A DNA stretch of 63,852 bases, the filler included, from Intoshia linei (lineage: Eukaryota; Animalia; Orthonectida), in assembly GCA_001642005.1 (NCBI GenBank). It is 9 parts of 9 records of this genome, joined end to end, with 100 filler letters (N's around TTAATTAATTAA, not from the genome) between each part and the next. Parts side by side here need not be neighbours in the genome. Positions count along the whole stretch, not along the records: positions 37,461 to 48,124 come from LWCA01001252.1; positions 48,225 to 58,749 come from LWCA01001263.1; 7 more parts are not named here. One strand, written 5' to 3'. Made by a program: the position numbers and the translations under genes. The notes under the pieces are model-generated. The model searched no databases. It had not been told where the DNA came from and saw nothing but the letters and a program-made list of their open reading frames with translations. Shown here in pieces: positions 40,202-53,842 of this stretch; positions within the stretch are counted from its first letter, which is position 1, and the number at the start of each line of letters is the position of its first letter.

Positions 40202-40876
40202 TTACTCCAATTTTTTTACATAATTGTAGTCAAAATTAAACATTTTATATACATTAGCAGAACTAAATTTCCCGTAGCCGGGACTATTCCTCGGTTGCCC
40301 AAAACATTTTTGTGAAATGGGAATTATTAAATGTCAAATAAAAACGTGTATAGGACATGATATATCATTACTAGGGCAAGTAAAAGTTAATTTTTTATGT
40401 TAATTACCATTCAATTCCAAGCATGATCATACCAATATTATTTTTATGATTTAGCTAATTAAAATTTTATAAAATGAATAAATTTTTTATTAATATTATC
40501 ATTAATAAATAGTAATATCATTTTGTTGAAATTGAAATTAAACACTTCTATTTCATTCTAAAAGTTTCACTTTTACAGGTAAAATTTTGATCTTCACGAA
40601 ATGATGTAACATTCATTTAGAATACCAAAAACTACAAAATCTCCTCACTTCAAAATGAACATAATGAATTTGTATCCTAATGAATTCAAGAGAACTGATT
40701 ATTCACTTAATTGTATAAATTGCAATTGCACTGTTTGCTATGAAAAAATTCACTTTATTAAAGTTCATGTAACACAATAAAACATTGATTGTCAAACGAT
40801 ACTCCTACTCTACCTAAATTTATTCATATAAAGACCATCCGATTCAATATAAAAATTTAATAAATGTATATATCAA

Positions 40877-43800
40877 TTATTTTTTGCGGAAAACTTGATG
40901 GATGGTGCATTGAATTTGAATATGTCAGAGGCAAAAGTCTAAAAGATAATAAAAACTGACAATTCTCACACAAACCTCATCTTTTTGGCATTTATAACTA
41001 GTTGGCATCGGAGGAGGATTACTAAGCATCTCTTGACGATGTCTTTTAATGCCTGTATCATATATTCTTACATAAGAATTAATGCAACCTGGAATAGCGT
41101 GCCCGTGAACATAAATGACATTGTACTTCGGATTAATTCTCCATATCTATATAAACATCGTAACATATATATTTAATATAAACTTTTAATCCATGAAGTA
41201 CTACATGATCCAAACCCATGTGCCCTGGGAATCGTCTTCCTTTGCTTATTCCTTTACTCTAAAATGAAATACAATATTAAAGAAATGTGATATTTTCCTA
41301 AGACATCTTCTAAATTGGGTAACACTATAAAAATTCATTTAAAATTTAACCCTTTCACTGTCTGTGTATTCTATACTATACACAGCATAATTTTGAAAAA
41401 CTTTATTCTTTTATTTTCATACATTTTCACATAGGTAATTTAAAAATAATACATGTTTGAATTAAAGTGTAAATTCCAGACGTGTGGTGATGCATCATAC
41501 AATAGTATTAGACAGTGAAATGGTTAATATCTGTAAGTTTCTGTATTGTAAAAAATGAGCATGTTGAATTGACTTAGTAAAGAGTCCTTAGAAATGTTTA
41601 GAACGGTCAAAACAAAATTTTCGATATACAGTGAAACCTCTTTATAGATATTCTCTATTTATAGTCATGTTTTCATTTAATATGGTCATATTTGAATTTA
41701 ATATAGTCATTTTTTAAAATTTAATATTTAATTATGCGAGGAAATACTATTCCTAATAGTCAAAAAGTATAGTATACAAAACCTTAGAAGGATTATCGAT
41801 TATATCGATATCGAGGATACTATCGATTCCTAGAACATCTGTTTCAAACATAATTCACAAATTTTTAAGGTAATATATAAATATTAAATTATAAAAAATA
41901 AGGACGGGAAATGCAATCTATAGCCCACGGGGTGGAAATCGAATATCGATTTTAAAGGAAGATCAAAAAAATAGCACCCGGAATGGGTTGATGAAAATTG
42001 CATACTCACCTTAAAACAAATTCAAACCTGTATTTCGAATGCATTTTCATTGGACATCATCAGCTCAATTGAAAGAATTTTAAAAAATTTCCACTATAAT
42101 TTAAAAACACTCGTCTTTGTGCCTGTCCGTAGAAATTGCCAACGTACCATTATATCTCGGTGCGAATATGCATCGATGTTTCGAGATTTAATGATGTCAA
42201 CTCAAAAAAATATAGTAATTTATTTTTTTATATAGTATTATTAGATCTTTCTTGATGAAGTCGGATTTGCTGTCGTAACTCGACCAAAAAAAAGAAGGTC
42301 TAGGATTAAAATATCTCCGTATCTTGGTGTAGCTGCTGCTAGAATTATATAGTATTGTAATGTTATAATTAATAATTAGGTAGAAATATTTCAGTTCTTG
42401 CTATGAAAAAGCATGGAATGATTTTTCATAGTATATAATCTATTAAGTATTTGTATAATTGTATGTAAACATTCATAATACGGCGGTAAATGGAGAAATT
42501 TTTAAGCAAAATCTTATTCTACTTAAACAGAAGTGCTCCTCGATGGGAATTGTCAACCCTGTTTTTATAATGGATAATGCAAGAATTCACCACTGCAAAG
42601 GTATATCATACCATTATATAATAGTTAAACATTGTATTTTAAAGGCCTTTCAGAAACAATTTCAGTTTAAACCTCAATTTGAGATACCTTCTCCCTTATT
42701 CCCCATTTCTTAATCCAATATAAAATATTTTCAGCGTATGAAAAATTCGGTAAAACGCGCATGCGTTCGAACTGAATTTCAACTTAAAATGAAAATTTCA
42801 TCTGCCTTTGACGATATAACAGAAACGCATTGCGATAGCTTTTATCGCAAAATGTTACCCTACTTGGCCAGATGCGAAAGAAATGAAGTCATAAATGAAT
42901 AATTTGTATGTATAATATAATATATATGTCTGTTTAGATTTCCAATTCATTGCATTATATTTCAATTTTCCATACTCCTTCCTTCCATATCTCCATAAAT
43001 TAAATTAAACAATTGAAAATACAAATTAACAATAATATTGTAGTATTGTATAAATAAATTGTAAATAATTTAAGAAAATTTGAATTCATATCACTTCAAT
43101 GCAATAAAAAAGTAATATTAAAAATCCCAAAAATATGCTCAATTATTGATGGTACTCAAGCCTCCTATGTAGCTAAGACATATAAAAATATAAAGACATA
43201 TATATATAAATATAAACAAACGATTTTGAAAATTTAACCACTAATCTGTTTTTGGAGTATCAAAAAAGAGTGATAAGTGTCATAAAAATTCCATACAACG
43301 CAAACTGTTGGCATGTAAAAATGTAATAAACAAATTATATAGGATTGATACATTTTTAAAAGCATGATAATTTGTTTATAAAGGAGTTTGTTTATAAAGA
43401 GGTTTCAATGTATTAGTAAAATGATTTTATAAATTAACCCTTTCATACACTGAGTTGAAATTTCTAAGTTTCTCATGATATATCGGTGCAAATCAATTAA
43501 TGTGTCACTTACATGTAAGTATTATATTATATTAGTGACATGTAGACTACTAATTGATTTATTTTTTGTTAATTATTAATTACAATTACGACTCCATATC
43601 GATTCGTGTTTAAATACATATATATATATTATTTTGTATATTAACTATTTATTAAACTTATTGTACATTTTATTTTAGTTTTCTAAAAATCCAAATTTTT
43701 TTATTAACTATGCCTTTTAAGTACTTCATATGCAGTAATTGAAAAGTATAGAAATGCTAACAAATTTCTAAATTTAAATTTGAAAATTTGTATCTACCAT

Positions 43801-46685
43801 AAAGCGTAATTAAAATTGAATATAAATTTATTTTCAAAACTTTATTCAAGTTTAAAAAATATTGCTGCAAAATTATTTTTATTTAAAATTTTTCTGGCAT
43901 TCTCAAAAACTGGTTCGGAATCCCAGGTTAAGAACCCACGTACTAGGTACTAGGTATAATATTCTATTATGAGATTAAACTAATATATGAATAATATAAT
44001 TTATCTGCTTTATCTCATGAACCACGAGTGTTTAGATTAATAACAATTGGGTGCATAAGAATTATGCCGGACAGTGTAGGTACAATGTACATGTCAGAAA
44101 ATTGCAGTGAAAAACATTGACTCAAATTATATATATCACATGATAAAATGTGATATAATTTCACAATTATTAATTATAACATGAATTGGTTAATATGTAT
44201 GAAAGGGCTAAGATAAAATAATTCTAACACGGCCTTCCGATATTGAACCGATTCTTCTATGCCATTTTGTAGTACCATGAGTTGCCGGGCCACCTTTCAT
44301 TAACCATCTTTTCATAACACCTTGAAAGCCATGATCCACACTAATATTAATTTAAAATGAAAATGTAATATCAATTTATATATACTACTAGCTTGGCTGT
44401 TTTTTACTACGTACAAACAGCACTGTACTGTACACAACCTAGCTCTGCTATGTCGGATTTATCTAATTTTAACATTAAAAATTTAAATTTAATCTAACAT
44501 AATTCCATTCACTTTTACAAAACCCTTAAAGTATCTACATTAGGGTGGTCAAAAAAAAATTTAAAAAGTACTTTTGAGTATATTAGGGTAATTGGGTATA
44601 AATGACTTGTACAAATTTTTACAACATAAAATTAATTATTGCTTTGCCACTCATCACCACCAAATTTACGTTTCTTATATATAGTATAAAAATTTAGTGT
44701 TGGTTAAACGTTATAATTAAGTTAAAGTTTAACTTAAACGAATAAAATGGAACTTATTTATTACATTATCAAATTATTCTAATTTTTTAAACAATTTATT
44801 ATGTGTTAACAGATGTATTATGAAACTTAACAATTATATAATATAAAATTATGAAAAATTTGTTCTTTTTTCATTTATAAATCATTTTATTTTAATTTTG
44901 GTCCAAATTTTAAAATCTATAAAAAATCACATATTCTGTTAAAAATCCTCTGTCTTTCGAATCGATACGACTATTATTTTTAATTTACTTTTTCATAAAA
45001 TGAATCTTTGCCTTTATCACCCATTGGATTATCGTTTTAATTAATAATCATCACTCGATTTTCATGGCTACCATTGAAATATTAATATTATACAAATTCT
45101 ATAATATTGATTATTCCCTTGTTCGGTTGGCGTGGGAAATTTAATAGAATCGAATTATTTTTTTTGCCTAATGGATAATTTCATTAATAGATGAACGTTT
45201 TAATTAATATTCGTCAATTAATTTTCATGGATACCATCAAAATGTTTATATTATAAAATACTATATTATTGATTTCCCCTGCTCGGGTGAAAAAAAAAAA
45301 ATTATTCGAATCGAATTAATTTTTTGCGAATCATTATTTATCACCCTTATTAAAATATCAAAAGTACTTTCCCAATTTCAAACTTCTTAATTCAAATTTC
45401 AATTTTTGAAACACCCTAATCTACATATAAAGATATTATGGATGAATTTTACCAACATTGCAAAGAATTTAAAATTTAAATTTTAAATGGATATAAAAAT
45501 GATAATAACAAAGTTGTACTTTTAGTTGTAGTTTTAATCGAAAACTCAATCAAGCGTAATTTTTTTCATTATTTATTATATGAACCAAATGTCTAATTTA
45601 TCAAAAGAACAAATCCTTATAGGCGTAGTAATAAATTTACCGAAACTAATTATCAACCGGTACACTATAAACTGAACATATTATATTTATTTGTTAATTA
45701 AAAGCAAACATTTTCTTACAATTTATAATCTTATCATACGAAACGTCAGAATGAAAATTAGTATTGTTTTAAAATTGTATTTTTGAAAAGGAGAGTAGAT
45801 TAAATATAATTATAGACCAACATTTCCCAATAGCCATTTCATTTTCTACCGGCATATGAGGAATATGTATAATATTTAAAAAATAACGGATTTGTTCAAA
45901 AGTTAAGAAAAGGTTAGGAAACGCTGATACAAGCCACATTTATATATTTAAAAATACGTTTTTGCTTGAACATCAATAAATTGACCGACATTAAAATGTG
46001 ATACATTCAAAGGAGTGCCTAAGATTTTGAATAATATATATTATAGAAATACCAGGATCAATGAATGCATCTGGGGTAACAAAGAATCGAGTTAATTTAC
46101 GTTTAGGTGGTACATTTGCTTCACTAAACAAATTATTGTAGGCTTTTCTGTACTAAAATTTGAATTTATAATTTATGACATGTTATATGTAATAAATAAA
46201 ATTAAATAATCCAGTTGAGTAACAACACTGCAATGCTTTACGGCTGTTTAATTTGCATTTTCAATAATAAAATGAATTGTCATAAAAATGTTATATTCAT
46301 ATTATTACATTTTAATGAATTAAATGTATGATTAGTGTCAACAATCATCGTGCCGCACACTACCGTAAAAACTTAACCGAAATCTGAGTCACATAAAAGC
46401 AGATGACCAAGTAGTACCCGTGATAGTTTCCTATCATTTATTATATAAAATAGTTGATGCCGTAATCCAAAAACGAATTCTTGATAAAATTTTGCGAACC
46501 CCCTTATGTATATGTAATTATATATCAATATAAACTCTTTGTAAAATTACATTAATGTAGTTCATGTTTAATGATCCCACAACTAAAGCATTATTATTTT
46601 TTTGTCTTAAAAACTTTTTGTCAAATCCATGAGAATTCTTTAATAGATCAGCAGACTTATATCGTATAACATCGTTATCCAACAC
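40877..46685 (-). CDS. MRPL3: Mitochondrial ribosomal protein uL3m (5'-partial)
   Basis: Exons approximately 46685-46551, 46152-46053, 46018-45958, 44340-44232, 41258-41183, 41146-40976 and 40939-40877. They encode [62 protein letters not shown]...[21 protein letters not shown] and [15 protein letters not shown]. Confidence 0.95.
41350..41523. mobile_element. piggyBac-type MITE in an MRPL3 intron
   Basis: TTAA|CCCTTTCACTGTC...GACAGTGAAATGG|TTAA. Confidence 0.8.
41629..43410 (+). mobile_element. Tc1/IS630-family (DD34E) DNA transposon, full-length but decayed, in an MRPL3 intron
   Basis: TA|CAGTGAAACCTCTTTATA...TATAAAGAGGTTTCAATG|TA. Transposase motifs [18 protein letters not shown] and [16 protein letters not shown] (the catalytic E codon now reads TAA). 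Confidence 0.9.
43438..44207. mobile_element. piggyBac-type non-autonomous element
   Basis: TTAA|CCCTTTCATACA...TGTATGAAAGGG|CTAA. It contains a fragment of the 8726-9250 MITE family. Confidence 0.7.
44541..45418. mobile_element. hAT (hATm-like) MITE
   Basis: TIRs TAGGGTGGTCAAAAA / TTTTTGAAACACCCTA with a perfect 8-bp TSD, ATCTACAT. Internal direct repeat at about 45058-45170 and 45220-45330. Confidence 0.88.
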
Positions 46686-46752
46686 CTACAAAAATAATTA
46701 AAAAATAAATAATAAATGCATACATAAAATAATATAAAAATAATAATAAAAT

Positions 46753-47037
46753 ATGTTAAAGGTTAATGCATTAAACGCCAATAAATTGTCAGTCGATGAT
46801 TGGGAATGCACAGATATATCAAAAATTGTAGATAGATTGATGAATATTGAAATCAATTCTTGGTATTTCCAATTAAGAAGCCATAATTTGATAAAGAAGA
46901 TTACAACCAAAGAGAATTTTAATAAGCAACGATGCTATAATTGTAAGCAAATTGGTCATGTTTCTCAAAATTTTAGTCAAGCTAGACCAGTGATTCTTAA
47001 CCTGGACGATAGCGCCTACCTTGGGGCGTTTTTATGA
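46753..47037 (+). mobile_element. LTR-retrotransposon gag remnant with a zinc knuckle
   Basis: RCYNCKQIGHVSQNF is a CX2CX4HX4C knuckle with the last Cys lost. It lies in an MRPL3 intron on the opposite strand. Confidence 0.6.
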
Positions 47038-47324
47038 TCAAATGGGGCGAAAATATTTTTATCGCATCAGATGGGATTCAAAATATAACATCAGATTATA
47101 ACCGTTCAATGAGCCTAGCTGGCACAGTGGTTATAGTCACATGATTATTTTGTAGAAAAAGTTTTTATTCATCTTTGGAATATTTTTATTTAGGTAAACT
47201 CGTTAGAATTAAACATTACATACAATTTTAATTAACAACCTAATTAGTATTTATAATAAAAATTTTTTGCAAAGTAAATTAATTAACATTGTAAACGAAT
47301 ATATTATCGTTCGAATACATCAAT

Positions 47325-47785
47325 ATTAAAAAAAGATGCCGTTATTATTCTATTGATTATTTGAAATGTGGAGTTATTCCTTCACCAAATAATATACAAC
47401 TTCCAATATGTTTAATATGCGAAAAAGAATTTTAGTTATTTAAATTATATATTATCATATTATTATTATAATTGTCCTATTTTAATTATAATTCAGATTT
47501 TTTCAAATGAGAGAATGAAACCTTCACAAATAGTAGTTCATTTGACAGGAAAGCATCCCGATAAGGCTGAAAAAAATTTGGAATATTTTCGTAATTTAAA
47601 AATTAATTATAAAGGCTAATTATTTATTATATTAATTTTGCTGATCTGTCGAAATCTATTCCACTGAGCAATAGTACGGTATCATTAAAAATAGACGAAA
47701 TGGCTGCTAATGTTGAAACGAAACTACTTTCCTATTTAAGAAAGACACAATTTTCAATACATTTGGATGAAAGTTTAGCGCTATC
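47325..47785 (+). mobile_element. Buster/Charlie (ZBED5/SCAND3-like) hAT transposase remnant
   Basis: RYYSIDYLKCG...PICLICEK|IFSNERMKPSQIVVHLTGKHP, IPLSNSTV...IDEMAANV and FSIHLDES. Confidence 0.85.
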
Positions 47786-47829
47786 TGAATGATGTTCAAG
47801 AAATTTCTGATGATTTACTATTTGTTACA

Positions 47830-48080
47830 GAATTAAAATTTATAATTATAGAGGAATTATGTAAAATGTTTAGTATAACAAAAATGCATTCAAAACCTTA
47901 TAAACATTACGAGAATGGTTTTGTAGAGCGTTGTCATCGTACGATTCGTGAACGTTTGAAAATCTAAACGAATTCTGGTAATCATTGGGAGGAAATGCTT
48001 GTATATGTGCAAATGAGTTGAAAGTCAACCATATATGTTAAAAACAGAGTTACCCCTTCGGATATATTGGATCGTTTCAT
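47830..48080 (+). mobile_element. Gypsy-type integrase core remnant
   Basis: ELCKMFSITKMHSKPYKHYENGFVERCHRTIRERL...WEEML...VTPS, interrupted by stops. Confidence 0.8.
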
Positions 48081-49074
48081 AAGTAATGTCGTTTTTATTG
48101 TAACTTTATTATAAATCATTATATNNNNNNNNNNNNNNNNNNNNNNNNNNNNNNNNNNNNNNNNNNNNTTAATTAATTAANNNNNNNNNNNNNNNNNNNN
48201 NNNNNNNNNNNNNNNNNNNNNNNNTACGAAGTGGAACGCTATCATCAAGATTGTTAAAATTAAAGGAAGCCCTTATGATCGTTTAACCTACGTCAACACA
48301 AAATGAAATAAATTTCTCTACTGCTTCTAATTTTGTTGCAAAACGTAGAATGCGTTTAAAAGACGAATCTCAATATTATCTGTGTTTTGAAACACTTTTT
48401 TAACAATCTAAAATAAATAAATTTTTTTTTAATAAAATTTGTAAATTTCAATTTAGATTCGTATTATTTTATTAATTAAATATCTTTTTGTTGCTAAAAT
48501 TAATTAAGGTCGCTAAAATTTTTAATGCTAATATATTATATATGAAGAAAATTTTTTTATTTTTCCCGGTTCTTCACTTTTGTCATTTCCTAGGAAATCA
48601 CAATCACTAGAAAAACACAATTTTACCGAATCATGTTGAGAAAATAAGTTTAATTTTAATATATTTTTTATATTTAATGCTTCTTTTGGAGTGAAAAAAA
48701 ATATATTTTAAACTGGGGATCCGTAAACTATTTGAATCGTTAACTACTGATATAAAGCAATCTAATTGAACACTCAAAATAAAATCAGGTTTTACAATCG
48801 CATGTCATAAATGGTAAACATTTTTTGTTAGTAAAGTATTTTAACAATTAAAACATAATTTTTCTATTTTTCCCTTAATGGTTGGTAAAAGTGGGTTGAT
48901 ATAGCTGGATTTTCCCCTTAAGGGTTAGTAAATTTTGATTTTTAGTAAAAATTGTTTGATTTAAGAATATTCTCTTTTAAAGTTAATTAACACTGAAACC
49001 TTACTATAGATAATTATAATTTAATATTAAACATAATTTTAATTTGAATATTGGACATGAAATGTATATTTTAG

Positions 49075-52000
49075 ATTTTTTTCAAGTTGGTTACGTTTAT
49101 ATATAACCTGTGGTTAATTCGCCATGTAAATATTGCAATAATTGGATTAGTAAATGTCAGGTATATTTAAAGTCATAATAATTTAAAATTTTATTATTAG
49201 GTTTGAACTTTTGTACAGCACTTTAATCAATCTATCCATTCAACCTTTCAGACGCGCCTATTTATCGACTAAATCACACCCTACCTCTGTTCTCCAGATC
49301 CGCATTAAAATGTGATTATATAATATATATTATGTATACATTAAATCAGACATTCTTAACGTCGTTCCTGTGGATCCTACGGTTTTATACACCAATGTTT
49401 TGGGTCCCTGACAAAATTTTAGATTTGGTGACGTTTTTTTTAATATTTAATTGTCAAAAAGACGTTTTACAATATTTAAATCATTAAAATGTAAGCTTTA
49501 ATTGATACAGTCCAATTCCTGGTTAATGGAATTGCTTATTACGTTAATGATTAACGGGGAAATTTCCAAATGTTGATAAATTTTTTCAAATAGAATTTTT
49601 CTATTCTACTTTAATTATAGTAAATAAAGATTTTTTAGATAAATTCTGACAGTGCTTGAATTTGTTAACGCAAAATTTATCAAAAATCAACTTGTTTTAA
49701 ATTTCTTTTTTATGTTTTGTAATATTATTAACATTATTTTAAATAGAATTTGGTATGTATCAGTAGCTAATTAATAGAAAGATTATACTAAACATTATAT
49801 AAACTCAAATTCTTCAATTTAGCATTATTTTATTTTAAGATTACATGTTGTAGTTTATAAAAAATCCGATAACGAGGAATTGGACTGTATTAACATTGTA
49901 ATTTTAAAAATAATGTATAGCGTATCGTATTCAATTATACTTTCCTTTTTGTTGGGAATTATGTGGTACATGTTACCAATTGATTCACATTTTGCTCATG
50001 AATATCCCTTTTGCATTGGATTATATCTTTTTTCAGTTTTACTTCAAACCTTTGTGGAACCATACTATATTTATTTTCAGTTAAATCTCAAGTCAACCTT
50101 GAAAGTAATATAAAATGTATTATACTTATAGTGTAGAGGTGGTCAATTTGTTGTACCTATATCAGTGTTTCTCAGTAATTTGTTCATTGGATTGCACATG
50201 GGACTCCCATGATGGGAGCAATAAAAAATAGTTTAAATTGGTAAATATCCATTTTCTGTAGTACAAGATTTTTCAAGGCAAAACCAAACATGTAATGCAA
50301 GAAATAATTGCCTCTGAATTTCAGAGTCTGAACTAAAACCAAAAAAATGTGATGTAAATAGAGAACTACAATATTTTTGTGAGTTTTATCTGTATCTCTT
50401 TTCTTATATTCTTATTTTAACTTATATAAAACTCTTTTTTTGTTTGTCCTTATATAAAGTACATTAAATTTAGTAATTTAGCTAAAAATGTATGTCTGTT
50501 ACCATTTATTTAATAAAGTAATAAGTGTAGAATTTTAGAATTTTAGAATTATCAATTTCTGATACAGTTTTTCGAGTATGAGGTTTTGTGTAAATTTCAT
50601 TTTCAGAAATTAACTCCTTCAAGGTCAAAATCCAATTACCCTTTTTTTAAAAATCAAACGAGTCCTAGAATTTAAAAAAATATACATTTTGATTCAGATT
50701 TTAAACTTATTAACAATTCTATAAATTTCAAGACGTGTATTTTTACTGCCAAAACTGCATTTTACCTAAATTTTTTTAAAATGAAAATAGAATAAAGTCC
50801 TAAAGAGTCCTAAATCTTAAAGAGTACAACTTATATTTACATTCATATAATAATAGCTTTTATGATAAAATTATCTTGGTAATCCAAAGCTCGATAAAAA
50901 TGCCTAGCTTGTATATATTTTTATGTTTATGTCATTAAAATGTGTAAAAAAAATTTCCTAAAAACCCCTCTTAAAAGTTTGATTCAAAAAAAAATTTATA
51001 AAAACCCCCCTAAAAGTTCGGTTCAAAAAAAAATCTTAAAAACCCCTCTTAAAAGTTTGGTTCAAAAAAAATTTCTAAAACCCTAAAATTAAACTAAAAT
51101 ATAAATGAAAGTTATATACATTCTACGACTTGCCCTTGGAATGTGTACATTTCACAGTTGTACACATTCTATGCAACATATATTTTCCGCTGAATGCACT
51201 TGATCGACAAAACATGGTGCTCGCACGGGTTCAGAAACACTGATAAAGTGAATTAAAATTAATGGTTTATAAATTCAATTCTTTTTTTCACATGAAAATA
51301 TTTTTTGATTTATTTTGTTCCAAAATAGATACAATTTGGCTACCCTTTATGATATATAGTTTATGTAACCTTTTAATAATATTCTCTAGATAAGTATTGA
51401 AAATGTTTCGGTGCTAGCAAAATATATTTTTGTCTATATATTGATAAATTCAACAGATGTTGGCGTGCTTATTTGTTTTTCTATGTCACAGGTATTGTTT
51501 AATATTGATTTTATATATAATCTACAAGCTGATCCAAAGTATTATACAACCCAAGGGCTTAAAAACGGTCCGCCTATCATAATCAATATTATAAATATAT
51601 ATTTATGGAATTTTTCAATAAAATAGTTAAAAGGCACGCTTAAAAATATTAATTAATAAATTGCAACACCAATATGTTTTGTAAGTTATTTACTGTACAG
51701 AAATTAATATTCATTTAATTCTGAGATATTTGTATTTTTATGGTCAAAACTAGTAATTAAACTTTTTATTAATTAAATTAAAAATAAATATACTAAGAAT
51801 CCTATAATTTTAAAAAAGTCATGGCTAAATCAGATTTTTCGAGTTATACCGAAAAAATTTCAATCTTTGAATTTAAGCCCTTATGTTCAAAAAAACACAA
51901 AATTAATGTTCAAAAATTATTTTTTGGTTTTTTTAACCACTTTGGTTGTCTTTGTTTTGGATTATATATTAAAAAAGAATTATAATTAATCTAGCATTTC

Positions 52001-53817
52001 ATAAATTTACCAACTTTAGGTGATTTACAGTTGCGTATATTCTGCAATGTATATAATTTATGCAAGAATGTATATTAAAGAGGTTTATTTAAATTTTATT
52101 AGTAAAATTTTTAAACATACAGTGTATACCGTGATGTTAACTGTCCCATTGAGTCAGGCTCTTTATACGACAATTTTTTGTGCTGTATAAGATATTTGGA
52201 ATATTTATAATCTCATATACCAATGGTTACCCAATGCAAGTCCGCGGACCATTACCCGCCTTTATGAAAATTTTAATATTTACAGTAAATAAATAAAAAC
52301 CCTGAAAAATTCATGTAATCATAATGTACATTGTACAACTTTAGATTGCTAAAACGAAATTGGACATTCCAATCGATTTATTAATTTCGTTTACCAAGCA
52401 GACAATTATTAAACAGATCCTGGGTGAATGTATAATGAATAATTACATTGTATTTGATAAAATATTTTTATATAGGCGAGAAATTTATCATGACATTTTT
52501 TAATATTTTGTCAATTCCTCAACAAGGTAATTTTAATTTTTTACTTTTTTGTGATTTTAATTATATTACTCAATGCTAAAAAATTTTTGAAATCTTATCT
52601 AATGCATTTTAGGCGTTTATAACGTAGTTTCAAATTTTGGTTCAATAATTACACGATGTTTATTTTTACCTATTGAAGATTCTTTTTACTTGTACATTTC
52701 GAGAACTCGAAAAAGATGTGAAAAGGCTATAATGGGTACTTTCAAATTTTCTAAAACCATTTAAACTTATCATTTACATGTTTCATTTATTTATATGTAT
52801 TGACGTTTTATTAAAATTTTATATAATTTAGAAACTAAATTATCAATTTTTAAAATACAACTTGAAAAGATTTACAGTCTCCTTTTATATATATCCCTCA
52901 TAATTGTTACTTTCGGTTGGCCAAATGCGTCAATTGTATTAACATTTTACTCTGGAAAAAAATTTGTTAATAATTATCCATTTTCAATTTCTATATTTCA
53001 AATGTACATTGCATATTTGCCATTTTTATGTATTAATGGAATTACGGAATCGTATGTATTTGCTTCCATTTCTTCAACTAATTTGGATAAGTAAGATTAA
53101 ATTCAATATAATATAATACACCTGGTCATTTTATATTTCGTTTTTAGCCCATTTGAAACTGGGCTTTAAATGAAAAAAATAAATTAAACGCAAAGGTTTT
53201 AGTTACTATACAATGTAATACATTGAATTTATAAGGCAATTTTATAATTGTTTCAAGTCTGAATTGCCTTAAAACACTAAAAATGAATATCAGTCGAAAA
53301 TGTATATGTATTTGTAGATACAATGTAAAATTAGCTAAACTTTCAATCATTTTTATAATTTGTAATATCGTATTTGGATTCCTCTGGCTATCTCATGGAC
53401 TTGTATTAGCTGGATATCTTAATATGATTTGTAGGATAATTATGGGGTATCAAATTTTTAAAATTTAATAATTTTTAATTGATATTTAGATTTCAATACA
53501 TTGAAGAAAATTTACATTACGAAAAATTAAATTTCTTCAAACGTGTAATGTTTGGGAAACACACTACACTAGTTCATATTATTGTGTTAATTTTTCTATT
53601 GATCAATGTAAATTTCAAATAATAATTTTGTTTCAAACTTTTTTTAACATTTATTTAGTCATTTCAAATTGACACAGTATCAATCAATCTCAAAATAATT
53701 ATTCACTGTTTTTTATCTGGGATATTGTTAATTATGTGTTTAACGTATTCATACTTTACTGATGATAAACTACACGGAGCTTTCAAACAACTTGGATACA
53801 TAAATATTAATAAATAA
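49075..53817 (+). CDS. RFT1: Protein RFT1 homolog (Man5GlcNAc2-PP-Dol translocation; first exon not located)
   Basis: Exons start at approximately 49075, 49201, 49921, 51390, 52020, 52345, 52477, 52613, 52832, 53318, 53491 and 53659. They encode IFFKLVTFIYN...GLVNVRFELLYST...PFRRAYLS, EPYYI, FTKQTIIKQILGE..EKFIM, GVYNVVSNFGS...LFLPIEDSFY and INGITESYVFA. Stop at TAA 53815-53817. Confidence 0.93.
50955..51085. repeat. Minisatellite, three copies of a unit of about 40 bp
   Basis: AAAACCCCTCTTAAAAGTTTG(A/G)TTCAAAAAAAA repeated three times inside an RFT1 intron. Confidence 0.8.
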
Positions 53818-53842
53818 TAAACAATTTATATTATTTCAATTT

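Noticed and set aside
40621-40780. Cys-rich open segment (CINCNCTVC) between the RGK-like gene and MRPL3
   Set aside because: No in-frame upstream exon could be joined, and the segment is too short to support.
50955-51085. CRISPR-like short repeats
   Set aside because: No unique spacers and no cas genes. It is a eukaryotic intronic minisatellite.
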